Shown: positions 34,644 to 44,708, numbered from the stretch's first letter. The stretch is DNA of 64,000 nt from Synechococcus sp. (GCA_047285305.1 JBJBDL010000003.1:512001-576000); one strand, 5' to 3'. The notes: generated by a model from the sequence alone, not told the origin. Numbers and translations are program-made.

Positions 34644-37600
34644 TCAAAAAATATCTGAAAGTGTTGAGGCTCCAGATACTTCAATCCGTGCAGTCAGATC
34701 GTTGTAATCCCAATCGCATCCAAGGTAACTACCCTCATCCTCAAAACCAAAGAAATTGCAGCCAAGATTTTTTACCTGCGTTGAACCGTAAGTAATAATC
34801 TCATCCTCTTGCGTGATTAGTACAGGCGCGTAAAACCCTGCATCTTCCAAAGGAACAAACCAGTCGTATTGCTCCTGATTTTCTCCTGTTGCAGTAATTA
34901 TGTTGTCGCCTGGGTGGACGAGACTCTCCCAGACGATATCATCAAACGATTCTCCATCGACATTTTTATGGCCGCCAACCATAAAGTTTCCATCGCTGTC
35001 TACCTGAAGCTTCACTAACGCAAAACGATTTACCGAATCGGCATCACTGCTTACTATTATTTTTAGGTTTTTTCCGGCTTCAGGAATAGACGTGAGATCG
35101 ATGATGGCATCGCTGATCTCAAGCTGTTCGGTGGCTAATGTTGTTGCCTCTGGAGCGGGAGAAGAGCTGGAGTAACTAACTTCAATGCATAGGTCATTGT
35201 AGTCATTATCAGCAGCACTGTCATCAAGCTGAAGCGAATATATATCGCTTCCTAAGTTACTAATCGAAAGCTTTGGGGAATTATTGGTGGACTTATTTCC
35301 GCTAAGCTGCTGAAAGCGTATCGTAGATTTTTCTGGGATAAAAATAGAGTGATCGCCAAGATTGCTCGACATTCTTGTGGCTCCAATAGCGCCTAACGCA
35401 TTATTATTTTGGTCGACAATGGTGAGGCTATTTTGAAGATGTGCGTCAGCCAGCGTCACTTTGAGGTTGATCCAAAGTCCATGGGAGGATCCTTCTGTAA
35501 CAAAGAAGGAGTTGTCTTCATTTAGAACAAGCGAGCTGGGAGAGGCTTCTGAAGGAGAAGGAGAAGGAGAAGGAGAAGGAGAAGGAGAAGGAGAAGGAGA
35601 AGGAGTAGTGGTATCGACCGTGAAGGTGACGGAGTTATTGGCATCGGACCCATCGAGATTGTTGTTGCCGGCGGCATCAGAAAATTTCGAACTGGCAATC
35701 GAGATCACACCATCGGTGGTGCTGTTGTCGGTGGGGGTGAAGGTGGCGGTGTAAATGGTGCTGGAAACAGCGGCCCAGTTGGAGAGGGATCCACCGGAAA
35801 CAGCGACATCGGCCTCTACGAAATCCGTCGAAGCTTCTGAGAGGGTGAAGGTGAGGGTGGATGCATCGCCCGCGCCTAGGGAGTTATCGGCATCGTCATC
35901 GGTGACAGCAATGGTGGGCGCCGTGAGATCCGTCAGCTGGAAGACACGCACATGCCCGGCATTGTTTTCACTGTCGTCGTTAAAAATGGAGCCGATGGCA
36001 ACGGTGCTGCCATCGCGCGATAGGGAGATCTGGCCTCCGCTGTAGTCATCGGCCGCTTCTCCATCGATGTCGCTGCCGATGTGATTCCAGGCCGTGCCAT
36101 CCCACTGGTAGATGCGGGTGTGGCCAGAATTCGTGCCGTTGTCAGCGTTTTGCGGTGCTCCGATGGCGACGACGTTGCCATCGCCGGAGAGGGAAACCTT
36201 GCCGCCACTGCGGTCGCCGGCGCTCTCTCCATCAATGTCGTCACCGCGCTTGACCCAAGCCGTGTCATCCCAGTCGTAAATACGGGTGTGGCCTGAGTCG
36301 CTGCCGTTGCCGTCGTTGTACTTCCCGCCGATGGCAACGACGTTGCCGTCGGTGGAGAGGGAAACGGAGAGGCCGCTCTGATCGCCCCCGCTTTCGCCAT
36401 TGATATCATTGCCGCGTTGCACCCAGTCGTTGCCATCCCAGTCGTAGATGCGGGTGTGGCCCGACTTGTTCCCCCCTCGACCGCTGTTTTGTTGCGCGCC
36501 AATCGCCAGCGTGTTGCCATCGCTTGAGAGCGAGACTGAGCAGCCACTGAGGTCTTGAGCAGTCTCTCCATCGATGTCACTGCCGCGTTGCACCCAGGCA
36601 GTGCCATTCCAGGCGTAGACGCGGGTGTGGCCGGCGTTTTCGCCGGAGGCGTTGTTGTTGTATTTGGCACCGATGGCAACAACGCTGCCATCGCTTGAGA
36701 GGGAGACAGCACCACCGCTGTTGTCATTCGAAGCTTCTCCGTCAAGGTCACTGCCGCGTTGCACCCAGTCGTTGCCATCCCAGGCGAAGATGCGGGTATG
36801 GCCTGATTCATTGCCATTGCCACCGCCATTGTTGCTAATGGCCCCGATCGCAACGACGGATCCATCGTCCGAGATGGAGACGGCACTGCCTGAGTAGTCC
36901 GTATCCCACTCTCCATTGATGTTGCTGCCGCGTTGATCCCAACGACTCGTGCCTGAGTTCCACGCATAGATGCGCGTGCGGCCTCGCCTGTTGCTACCGC
37001 CGTCGTTGTACTTCGCGCCGATGGCCAGAATGGTTCCATCACTGGAGAGAGCAACGGCGCCGCTCTTATCACCAGCAGCTTCGCCATCGATGTCGTTTCC
37101 GAGCCGGGTGAACGGTGGCGCTGAGACCGTGTCGACCGTGAGGGTGACGGAGTTATTGCTATCGCTGCCATCGGTGTTGGTGTTGCCAGCTGCATCAGCG
37201 AAGACGCCGGAGGCAATGGAGATCACCTCGTTGGTGTCGCTGCTGGTGTCTGGTGTGAAGGTGGCGGAATAGGAGCTGCCGGAACCGGAGAAGTTGGAGA
37301 GGGTGCCGCCCGTTATGGAGACATCAGCCTCAGCAAAATCGGTGGACGCTTCTGAGAGGGTGAAGGTGAGGGTGGCCGTTTCTCCGGCGCCTAGCGACGA
37401 GACATCGGATGTGACAGCAATGGTGGGTGCTATGAGATCCGGAGCTTCTAGCCGAATAATCTGAACACCATCGTCGACACTACCCGTTGCTAATGCATAT
37501 ATTTTTTCGCCAATATTCGTGGTTGTGATTCCCCACGCACCATTGAGATTGGTGAATCCATTAACACCGTCAGTCAGGCTTCCGGCCGCTGTTGGTGAAG

Positions 37601-40247
37601 TAGGATCATTGATATTTATAACTTGTATGCCGTTATCTATTTTTGACGTGACCAGTGCAAAGGTATTACTTCCTAAAGTTGTAGTTGTAACTTCCCACGC
37701 ATCGTTTAGTTCGTCAAATCCATTGACGCCATCAGTGATATTGGAGGCCGCTGTTGGATTGCTTGGGTCACTAATATCGATAATTTGAACGCCATCATCT
37801 TGGTAGGAAGCAACTAGTGCATAAGTGGAGCCATCGATGTCAATAGTTGTGATGTGACGCGCTCCTTTGAGTTCATTGAAACCGTTGATTCCATCAGTAA
37901 CACTCGCTGTGGCTAAAGGATTAGCCGGGTCAGTGATATCAATGACCTGAACGCCATGATCGTCTTGAGAGGCGACAAGTGCGTAGATATTTCCATTGAT
38001 AAATGCTGTAGCAATTCCCGTTGCGCCGCCAAGGGTATTGAAGCCACCTACGCCATCGGTAAGACTTGCTACGGCAGAGGGATTACTTGGGTCATTGATA
38101 TTGATGATTTGTATGCCATTGTCATCATGCCCAACCGCTAACGCATAGTGAGAACCTCTAATTTGTATTGTCGTGATGTCAGTTGGTAATTGCAGCTCAT
38201 CAAAGCCGCCAGCTCCATCAGTGATACTTGCTGTAGCTGTGGGGTTGCTTGGGTCATTGATATTGATGATTTGAATTCCATTGTCATCACGTGCTGTGAC
38301 TAATGCATAAGTATTACCATTGATATTGGTTGTATGTATTTCTGAGGCGCCTGCCAGGCTTGTAAAGCCACCGCTATTATCTGTAATACTCGCAGTAGCG
38401 ATGGGATTAGCTGGATCATTGATATTGATAATTTGAATTCCATTGTCATATTGAGATGCAACTAATGAATATGTGATTCCGGAGATGGTATGGGTCTTAA
38501 TGCCACTTGCAAAATTAAGTGTGTTGAAGCCATTGCTCTGATCGCTAATTGTGCTGATTGCACTGATATCTGGATTTCCACTGGTCGCGCTTAGATCGAA
38601 AACGCGTACATGACCTGAATTGGTTCCATTGCCATCGTTTTGACGTGCTCCAATGGCAACCGTCGTTCCGTCATCCGATAGTGAAACAGAAAAGCCACTT
38701 TCATCATCGGAGGCTTCTCCATCAATATCGCTGCCTAGTTGGCTCCAAGTGTTGCCGCTCCAGCTATAAATTCTTGTTTGGCCTGAATTGGTTCCATTTC
38801 CATCATTAAGGCGTGCACCGATGGCAATAGTGTTTCCATCATTGGACAGCGCAATGGAATATCCACCTTCATCATCAGCGGCTTCTCCATCAATATCACT
38901 GCCAAGTTGATTCCAGGTTGTGCCATTCCAGGTGTAGATCCTTGTATGCCCTGCGCTTGTTCCGTTTCCATCGTTTTGATAAGCGCTTACTGCAACGACG
39001 GTTCCATTGCCTGCCAACGAAACTGAGAAGCCACTTTCATCATCAGCGGCTTCTCCATCAATATCGCTGCCTAGTTGGCTCCAAGTTGTGCCATTCCAGT
39101 TGTAAATTCTTGCATGGCCAGAATTGCTACCATTGCCATCATTTTTGTGTGCACCAATAGCAACTGTTTTTCCATCATTTGATAGTGATATTGATTTCCC
39201 GCTGAAGTCATTCGCTGCCTCTCCATCAATGTCGCTGCCTAGTTGGTTCCAGGCTGTGCCGTTCCAGTTGTAAATGCGTGTATGACCTGAGCTATTTCCA
39301 TTGCCGTCATTTCGCCTTGCGCCAATAGCAACAGTCGTTCCGTTGGCAGAGAGTGAGATGGAATAGCCACTTTCGTCTTCAGCGGCTTCTCCATCGATGT
39401 CGCTGCCTAGTTGGTTCCAGGCTGTGCCGTTCCAGTTGTAAATGCGTGTATGACCTGAGCTATTTCCATTGCCGTCATTTCGCCTTGCGCCAATAGCAAC
39501 AGTTGTTCCGTCGGCAGAGAGTGATACAGAATGGCCGCTTTCGTCCTCGGCCGCCTCACCGTCTATGTCATCGCCGAGTTGGCTCCAGGCTGTGCCATTC
39601 CAGGTGTAAATCTGTGTGCTGCCCGATCGATTGCCACTGCTGTCGTCTTGACGTGCACCAACAGCCAGTGTCTTGCCATCTGCTGACAGGGATACTGACC
39701 AGCCGCTCCGATCCCCTTGGGCTTGACCATCAAGATCACCACCTCGTTGAGTCGCAGAGAGTTCACCTCTCCATTGTCTGATCGCATCTTGCTTAAGAAG
39801 ATCGTTTAAACTGCGTGATTCTCCATTTTTATTTTTTGTCTTAAGTTGATTCTTGTTGATTGCTTCTGATGAGGCAAAAACCTCAGATCCTGTAAGGTTT
39901 TCGAGGGTTCTAAGGAAATCTTTGTTTTGGCCTATACTGCAGCACCACAAAACAATTGTTTTAACCCTCCACTGAGAAAGTTCGTCGGCATATTTTTGTA
40001 GTTTTTCTTGGTCAATCCACTCGCTTGCAAACTCAATTCCATCACTATTGCCATGAGAGATGAGGTGTAGTTCCTCTACGTATTTGTCTATGTGCCTCAG
40101 ATTTCTGAGTGCTTTATTGATTGCACTGAATGGATGCGTATCCGCAGGTAGTTCAAGCCAGTTGGCTGCTTGCAACCCTGTAGTGGCACTGCCAAGGGCA
40201 ACGAGTTGAGGTCGAACCTTTTTTGCTTTTATCGATATTTTTCTCAC
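34644..40247 (-). CDS. Giant surface/secreted protein: DUF4347 + FG-GAP-like propeller + LVIVD-like propeller + Ig-like + second FG-GAP-like propeller + Ig-like + (PS)9 + DUF4114-like C-terminus
   Basis: 1867-aa ORF; ISHG/LWCC N-terminal domain; ~56-aa repeats SGxSVSLSxDGxxxAIGA; GIQIINIxDP repeats; TFTLSEASTDF twice; FGFED..DYNDL. Confidence 0.88.
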   Translation of the reverse strand: MRKISIKAKKVRPQLVALGSATTGLQAANWLELPADTHPFSAINKALRNLRHIDKYVEELHLISHGNSDGIEFASEWIDQEKLQKYADELSQWRVKTIVLWCCSIGQNKDFLRTLENLTGSEVFASSEAINKNQLKTKNKNGESRSLNDLLKQDAIRQWRGELSATQRGGDLDGQAQGDRSGWSVSLSADGKTLAVGARQDDSSGNRSGSTQIYTWNGTAWSQLGDDIDGEAAEDESGHSVSLSADGTTVAIGARRNDGNGNSSGHTRIYNWNGTAWNQLGSDIDGEAAEDESGYSISLSANGTTVAIGARRNDGNGNSSGHTRIYNWNGTAWNQLGSDIDGEAANDFSGKSISLSNDGKTVAIGAHKNDGNGSNSGHARIYNWNGTTWSQLGSDIDGEAADDESGFSVSLAGNGTVVAVSAYQNDGNGTSAGHTRIYTWNGTTWNQLGSDIDGEAADDEGGYSIALSNDGNTIAIGARLNDGNGTNSGQTRIYSWSGNTWSQLGSDIDGEASDDESGFSVSLSDDGTTVAIGARQNDGNGTNSGHVRVFDLSATSGNPDISAISTISDQSNGFNTLNFASGIKTHTISGITYSLVASQYDNGIQIININDPANPIATASITDNSGGFTSLAGASEIHTTNINGNTYALVTARDDNGIQIININDPSNPTATASITDGAGGFDELQLPTDITTIQIRGSHYALAVGHDDNGIQIININDPSNPSAVASLTDGVGGFNTLGGATGIATAFINGNIYALVASQDDHGVQVIDITDPANPLATASVTDGINGFNELKGARHITTIDIDGSTYALVASYQDDGVQIIDISDPSNPTAASNITDGVNGFDELNDAWEVTTTTLGSNTFALVTSKIDNGIQVININDPTSPTAAGSLTDGVNGFTNLNGAWGITTTNIGEKIYALATGSVDDGVQIIRLEAPDLIAPTIAVTSDVSSLGAGETATLTFTLSEASTDFAEADVSITGGTLSNFSGSGSSYSATFTPDTSSDTNEVISIASGVFADAAGNTNTDGSDSNNSVTLTVDTVSAPPFTRLGNDIDGEAAGDKSGAVALSSDGTILAIGAKYNDGGSNRRGRTRIYAWNSGTSRWDQRGSNINGEWDTDYSGSAVSISDDGSVVAIGAISNNGGGNGNESGHTRIFAWDGNDWVQRGSDLDGEASNDNSGGAVSLSSDGSVVAIGAKYNNNASGENAGHTRVYAWNGTAWVQRGSDIDGETAQDLSGCSVSLSSDGNTLAIGAQQNSGRGGNKSGHTRIYDWDGNDWVQRGNDINGESGGDQSGLSVSLSTDGNVVAIGGKYNDGNGSDSGHTRIYDWDDTAWVKRGDDIDGESAGDRSGGKVSLSGDGNVVAIGAPQNADNGTNSGHTRIYQWDGTAWNHIGSDIDGEAADDYSGGQISLSRDGSTVAIGSIFNDDSENNAGHVRVFQLTDLTAPTIAVTDDDADNSLGAGDASTLTFTLSEASTDFVEADVAVSGGSLSNWAAVSSTIYTATFTPTDNSTTDGVISIASSKFSDAAGNNNLDGSDANNSVTFTVDTTTPSPSPSPSPSPSPSPSPSEASPSSLVLNEDNSFFVTEGSSHGLWINLKVTLADAHLQNSLTIVDQNNNALGAIGATRMSSNLGDHSIFIPEKSTIRFQQLSGNKSTNNSPKLSISNLGSDIYSLQLDDSAADNDYNDLCIEVSYSSSSPAPEATTLATEQLEISDAIIDLTSIPEAGKNLKIIVSSDADSVNRFALVKLQVDSDGNFMVGGHKNVDGESFDDIVWESLVHPGDNIITATGENQEQYDWFVPLEDAGFYAPVLITQEDEIITYGSTQVKNLGCNFFGFEDEGSYLGCDWDYNDLTARIEVSGASTLSDIF
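35551..35604. repeat. (GAAGGA)9 microsatellite encoding a (PS)9 linker
   Basis: Nine perfect hexamer units. Confidence 0.97.
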
Positions 40248-40883
40248 AGAATCAATACAACCTCTTTGGCTGCACCTCGTGTGGCGCTGCCCTGCAGCAC
40301 CTCAGGGGTGAAATATTCTGTGTATCAACCTTTGAGAGTCGATTGGCGAAGTAGTTTGGCTGGTCCATTGCTCGACCAGACGTTAGCCGCAGCGCGTCAA
40401 CACGTGCTGATACGAAACGTCCTCCTGCTGACCAGGTCGCCAGTTGGAGCAGCCAACTTTGATAGAGCCGATTGTGCAGCGTCACCCTCTGAGGCAACTC
40501 TCAGTCCCTGCCTCGAATTATGAGTGGTTTTGACTGAATTTCATGGGTCGAAAAGTACGACGAGCCTGCGACTGCTGCAGCCCATCACCTTCTCCCGGCA
40601 TCGGCTCTAAGAGCTTGAACATCTTCTGTTGCTCTACGTTCTGTCGTCAGATCAGCGTTAAAAAGCTCTCAAGATCACCTTGCTGCTTGTGTCCGCTCCC
40701 CAAGAACTCCAACGCGTTGAGCTCTTGAACTACACAAAAGCCAACCGATAGGAGCTTATTGGGCTCGCTGTGGAATTGGCTGAAGACCCCAGTGGCGGCG
40801 TTCAAGTACCGGTGCTTATGGATTCAAATGTCGTGAGTGGCGTAACAGTGGCCCCCTCGCAACAAGGCGGCTGCTGCGACTAA

Positions 40884-41156
40884 TCAGCGGACGGGTGGGT
40901 GGCATGGACGCCAGCCCCCCTTTTTTATGGTGTTCTACGCCTCGATGGCGTTGTGCCGCAGCATCCGCCGCTGGTTCATCGGCACCGGCGGACTTGTTGG
41001 CCTCCAGTTGTAGGTCGACAACGTGACCCATTCGGCATGAGCGGTCTCCATGTCGTTCCTGAAGCGGACGCTCTTTTGCTGTTGATCGTTCACCAGCCAC
41101 CCATCACCGCCAGCCTTGGTGGGATTGTCTCTGTTGCGGGGGCCTTCCTTAAACAT
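40884..41156 (-). pseudogene. DUF1651-like gene with a premature stop
   Basis: GDGWLVN..VRF..RRMLRHNAIEA-TAG(40935-40937)-NTIKKGGWRPCHPPVR continues in frame. Confidence 0.7.
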
Positions 41157-41188
41157 GGCTACAACCTAAGGACTGACACCCCTCAGCC

Positions 41189-41368
41189 ATGGACGAGGTC
41201 ACGTTCTGGGGACCGACCGACGAATTTCTGAACTAAGCCGACTACGAACTGAAGCTCTTGGTGAACACCTGGAAAGACGAATACAGTGCGGATGACTACG
41301 CGTGCTCCATGGTGCTGCGGACCATCGCCGACAGCGTTTATCTGCCTGAGGGCCCACCGCTCTTCTAG
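41189..41368 (+). pseudogene. Small hypothetical gene with internal TAA
   Basis: MDEVTFWGPTDEFLN*ADYELKLLVNTWKDEYSADDYACSMVLRTIADSVYLPEGPPLF. Confidence 0.45.
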
Positions 41369-41613
41369 CCATGTTCTTGGACGTAATCGCCTTTCTTCTG
41401 TTCGTTATTCTTCTGGCGGTTGCTGCCGAGGCTTGGTGGATACCCCTTAGAGCACTTTGAGGACTTACTTCCCGGCGTCTGGCTCTGACAATGGATCAGC
41501 GCCTAAACAATCGATGTGTGTCTATTAGCAAAACCAACAAGCCGCTAAATCCACCGTTGGCTTTAATCTTCCTGATCTAAAGCAGAAACTGTAAGTAGTT
41601 TTGGCATGTGAGG

Positions 41614-42480
41614 TTAAAATATTTCGTCAACTCTTTTCCGGATCGGAATCTTTGAAGAGTATCTTTGTCGAACTAGCTTCATGACTCCACTTCCTACATC
41701 GTCTCCAATCCGAGGGTCCCTATCCCATTGACCAGGTCGCCCTGTACTTTGACCCAGGGCTGCATAGCGGAAATCTAAGCTCCACCTGCATATCCTGCTT
41801 TTGTTTCTACAGCTTTTATGCAATGTTAACTGATCAAAGATAATCACGTCTCCTGCACTGGCTTGAACAGAAACTGGTGAGAGTTTCCCATTGAACTTTA
41901 ATGCGTCGCACATGGCTTTCAAATTCACCTCAGGACCTCGTGTAGCCCTGCTATGTGGGAGCCAACCAAGTTGATTAGATCGAGGAATAATTTCCAATCC
42001 ACCATGGTAAGTCGATGCAGGACTAAGAGGTATCCATACAGTTACAAGCCGTACTCGATCAAGAGTTGGATCACTAGCTCCATAATCCTGATGCCATGGC
42101 ACAGTCGTAAAAGGACTTTTACTGAGATTCCAAGGTAATTTTGCACGGAGGTTGTGAATTGGACTTAGAATAGACTCTGGCCACCCAATTGACTTCTCCA
42201 GCAAATTTCCGATAAGTGGATGAAGAGCGAGTTTATAAACAGCAGGCAAATTGGGGAGCATGTCCTGTAGCAAAGATAGTTGGTCAGGATTATTTCTATA
42301 AAAGCGAACCGAAGCTCTATCTAGATCCGAGTTGAATAACAATTTCCGACTTCTATTGATCACAAGCTGATCACTGATCTGGTCGCGAATACTGCTTATT
42401 AAATCGCATGGCAAAACTTGGCGATAATGCACCCAGCCGAGGGTATCAAGAATATATTTGTGTTGTGCATATTCCACCAC
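41614..42480 (-). CDS. Phytanoyl-CoA dioxygenase (PhyH) family Fe(II)/2OG oxygenase
   Basis: PWHQD, VTVWIPL, GGLEIIP, AGDVIIFDQLTLHKS..N.S..RWSLDFRY. Confidence 0.88.
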   Translation of the reverse strand: MVEYAQHKYILDTLGWVHYRQVLPCDLISSIRDQISDQLVINRSRKLLFNSDLDRASVRFYRNNPDQLSLLQDMLPNLPAVYKLALHPLIGNLLEKSIGWPESILSPIHNLRAKLPWNLSKSPFTTVPWHQDYGASDPTLDRVRLVTVWIPLSPASTYHGGLEIIPRSNQLGWLPHSRATRGPEVNLKAMCDALKFNGKLSPVSVQASAGDVIIFDQLTLHKSCRNKSRICRWSLDFRYAALGQSTGRPGQWDRDPRIGDDVGSGVMKLVRQRYSSKIPIRKRVDEIF

Positions 42481-42533
42481 GCCAATCTAATTGCATCACT
42501 CGTTTCAGTCAATCAATTAGTGCTTGGGTCCAC

Positions 42534-43904
42534 TTACCAGAACCTGGATGGATCAGCTTCTGTGATGCTGTCTAGTTGGTTGGCATCAAGATTTGAGCCT
42601 ACATAAATAGCTTCGAGCATCTCTCCATCAAATATTCCAATCCCAGCTTGTGATTGGTTATGTGTGCCTGCAACCACGTCCCTGAAAGAAAGCTCAGAAT
42701 CAGTAGTTCCAAGAATCGTGATTCGATCATCTCTGTCTAATTCCTGAATAACGTCGGCATTAATGCCTCCGTGGTTTCGTCCCCAGTCATATCCGTGACC
42801 GCGAAAGTCGCTCAGGATGAAAAGTTCATCAACTGATCCATCCATTTCCGACAAAAAGGTATTTGTACCGCCACCACCATAGACAACATCGGCCCCAATA
42901 CCACCAGAAACAAGGTCTTTCCCATGTCCTGCTCGAATTTCATCACTATTAGCTTGCCCATAGATGTGATCTGGCCCACCACCACCACCCAAAAAATCAT
43001 TACCTTCCCCCCCGAACAATTCATCCTTGTAAGCAGCTGAGCCACCTATTAAGGTGTCATTACCGCTTCCACCATAAATAAAGTCTTCTCCATCTCCTCC
43101 AAGGATTACATCATCACCTTTTTCAGCATAGAAAGTATCGTCACCATCCAATAGATAGATGGAATCATTGTCATCTGTGCCGCTGAGTAAGTCTGAGGCA
43201 TTGGTTGGATGGTCGTTGTTTCCATTTTCACTACCCCATATAAGCTGAAGATGATGGATGTCTTCGCCAGTCCAAGAAGGAACATATCCAAACATCCCCC
43301 ATTGGCTGTATTTAATATCAGTGTTGTATGACATTACTGTTTTTGTGGAGCTGTGATGACCTCCATGAGGGTCGTCCTCTCCATCTGACTGAGGATGCGA
43401 CAGCCCTAGCGCATGGCCGATCTCGTGAATTATTGTGTAAGCATCCTGCCACTGCGCGCTGCCAAAGTCGTAACCATTCTCATCTTCTAGGAATGGATTA
43501 TTTGAGTAATAAAGACTGTAATCGTCGGGAAAATCTGTCCACACTACTGACTGAAAGAGGTCGTCATTAGCTTGTGATGGGATTAGTGCCCCTTCATGAC
43601 TTCCTAGGGCAAATCCAACTATGTCGCCAGGTATTCCTGGATAGGGAGAGACTCTATAGATATGAATCTGAGCCTCTAGGATATTGTCTGCCTTGTAGAA
43701 GTCAAGGTCTATATATGGATCAATGTCGTCAAATGCTTTTTTTATTACTGCTTCGTGTCCGTCCCAGTGTGTCCAAGACCAGTATGAAGGCTTATCTATA
43801 AGACTGACTTCGTCATGGATGTAATAACCAATATTTTCAACGCTCTTAAAGTAATCTCTATAGATTTCAAGGTATTGGTCTGTTAGCTGCCCGGTTAAAT
43901 CCAC
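42534..43904 (-). CDS. M10/serralysin-like zinc metalloprotease with RTX Ca-binding repeats
   Basis: HEIGHALGLSHP, Met-turn TVMSY, GGxGxD nonapeptides. Confidence 0.88.
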   Translation of the reverse strand: MDLTGQLTDQYLEIYRDYFKSVENIGYYIHDEVSLIDKPSYWSWTHWDGHEAVIKKAFDDIDPYIDLDFYKADNILEAQIHIYRVSPYPGIPGDIVGFALGSHEGALIPSQANDDLFQSVVWTDFPDDYSLYYSNNPFLEDENGYDFGSAQWQDAYTIIHEIGHALGLSHPQSDGEDDPHGGHHSSTKTVMSYNTDIKYSQWGMFGYVPSWTGEDIHHLQLIWGSENGNNDHPTNASDLLSGTDDNDSIYLLDGDDTFYAEKGDDVILGGDGEDFIYGGSGNDTLIGGSAAYKDELFGGEGNDFLGGGGGPDHIYGQANSDEIRAGHGKDLVSGGIGADVVYGGGGTNTFLSEMDGSVDELFILSDFRGHGYDWGRNHGGINADVIQELDRDDRITILGTTDSELSFRDVVAGTHNQSQAGIGIFDGEMLEAIYVGSNLDANQLDSITEADPSRFW

Positions 43905-44110
43905 CCTTGATTATAGGTAGCTATTTTGAATATTAGCGCATCGGCTAAATGCATTTGCTCTCTTTTGCTTGCCTAATTCAAAGCCGAGCTTTGGTGGTGT
44001 CTATGGACTTGGCTCTTCAAAACAGATCAGGCTCAAGTTCCTCTTGTGATGCTGCTGCTTCGTGGTGATTGACATGGCTACCAAACTGCTTGTGACCGAG
44101 TGGTGTTGAT

Positions 44111-44529
44111 ATGGCTTGGAGTGCTTCTGCATGGGTTGGACTTAGCGATGAGGACTGCAGTGACCTGATTTGTAAGAAGGCTGTGGCAGTCACCAGGCCG
44201 AAGAGAGGTGTGGTGGCCAATACACCGTCAAACAGGCGATAGATGTCATCAACGAATCATTTCATTGCTGCAATGGTTTTGATCCCTACGTCGGCTCCAA
44301 GCTGGATTCAGACCTGCTGGGCACCTACAAAAACGAAGAGGCCAAGGCTCAAGACGCTTCCTACAAGGGGTTTTTTGCCATGCTGCTGACTATTGATCAC
44401 GTCAAAGCTGAGCCGTTTCCTGACTTTGAAAACGTCAGCTGGACGACCAATGACGCCAAGGGGGACATGCCCTCTGAGGAGTTCATCGCTTACTGCCGCC
44501 GAGTTATTCAGATCGCAGGACAACATTGA
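44111..44529 (+). pseudogene. Frameshifted gene for an HNH-like protein
   Basis: MAWSASAWVG..KKAVAVTR in one frame, then GGQYTVKQA..DPY..LTIDHVKAEP..SWTTNDAKGDMPSEEFIAYCRRV in another; shift near 44200. Confidence 0.5.
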
Positions 44530-44708
44530 TCAAAGCAACCCGTGGGCTTGGAACATCTCCACTATCTGTTGGAGCTGCTCATCTGTCCAATACGGGCTCA
44601 ACTTGCTGATGCACAGTGGCCTTGCTGACGTCTTTTGGCCTGGCCATTTCTGCTGATAGGACAGGGCCGTCATCAACGATGTCCCCCAGCGAGCTCATGG
44701 CCACAGCT

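Noticed and set aside
35933..37216. 427-aa alternative-frame ORF inside the giant gene
   Set aside because: Ala/Thr/Pro-rich by-product of the GC-rich repeat module
38590..39750. CRISPR array or DGR template/variable repeat pair
   Set aside because: Repeats are in-frame 168-bp propeller blades; no spacers, cas genes or reverse transcriptase, and mismatches are not adenine-specific
40250..40880. Short ORFs upstream of the giant gene
   Set aside because: No coherent frame or motif; probably degraded sequence that I cannot assign
33827..41368. Stop-codon recoding or programmed readthrough in island ORFs
   Set aside because: Interrupting stops are of all three types and no suppressor tRNA is present; decay is simpler
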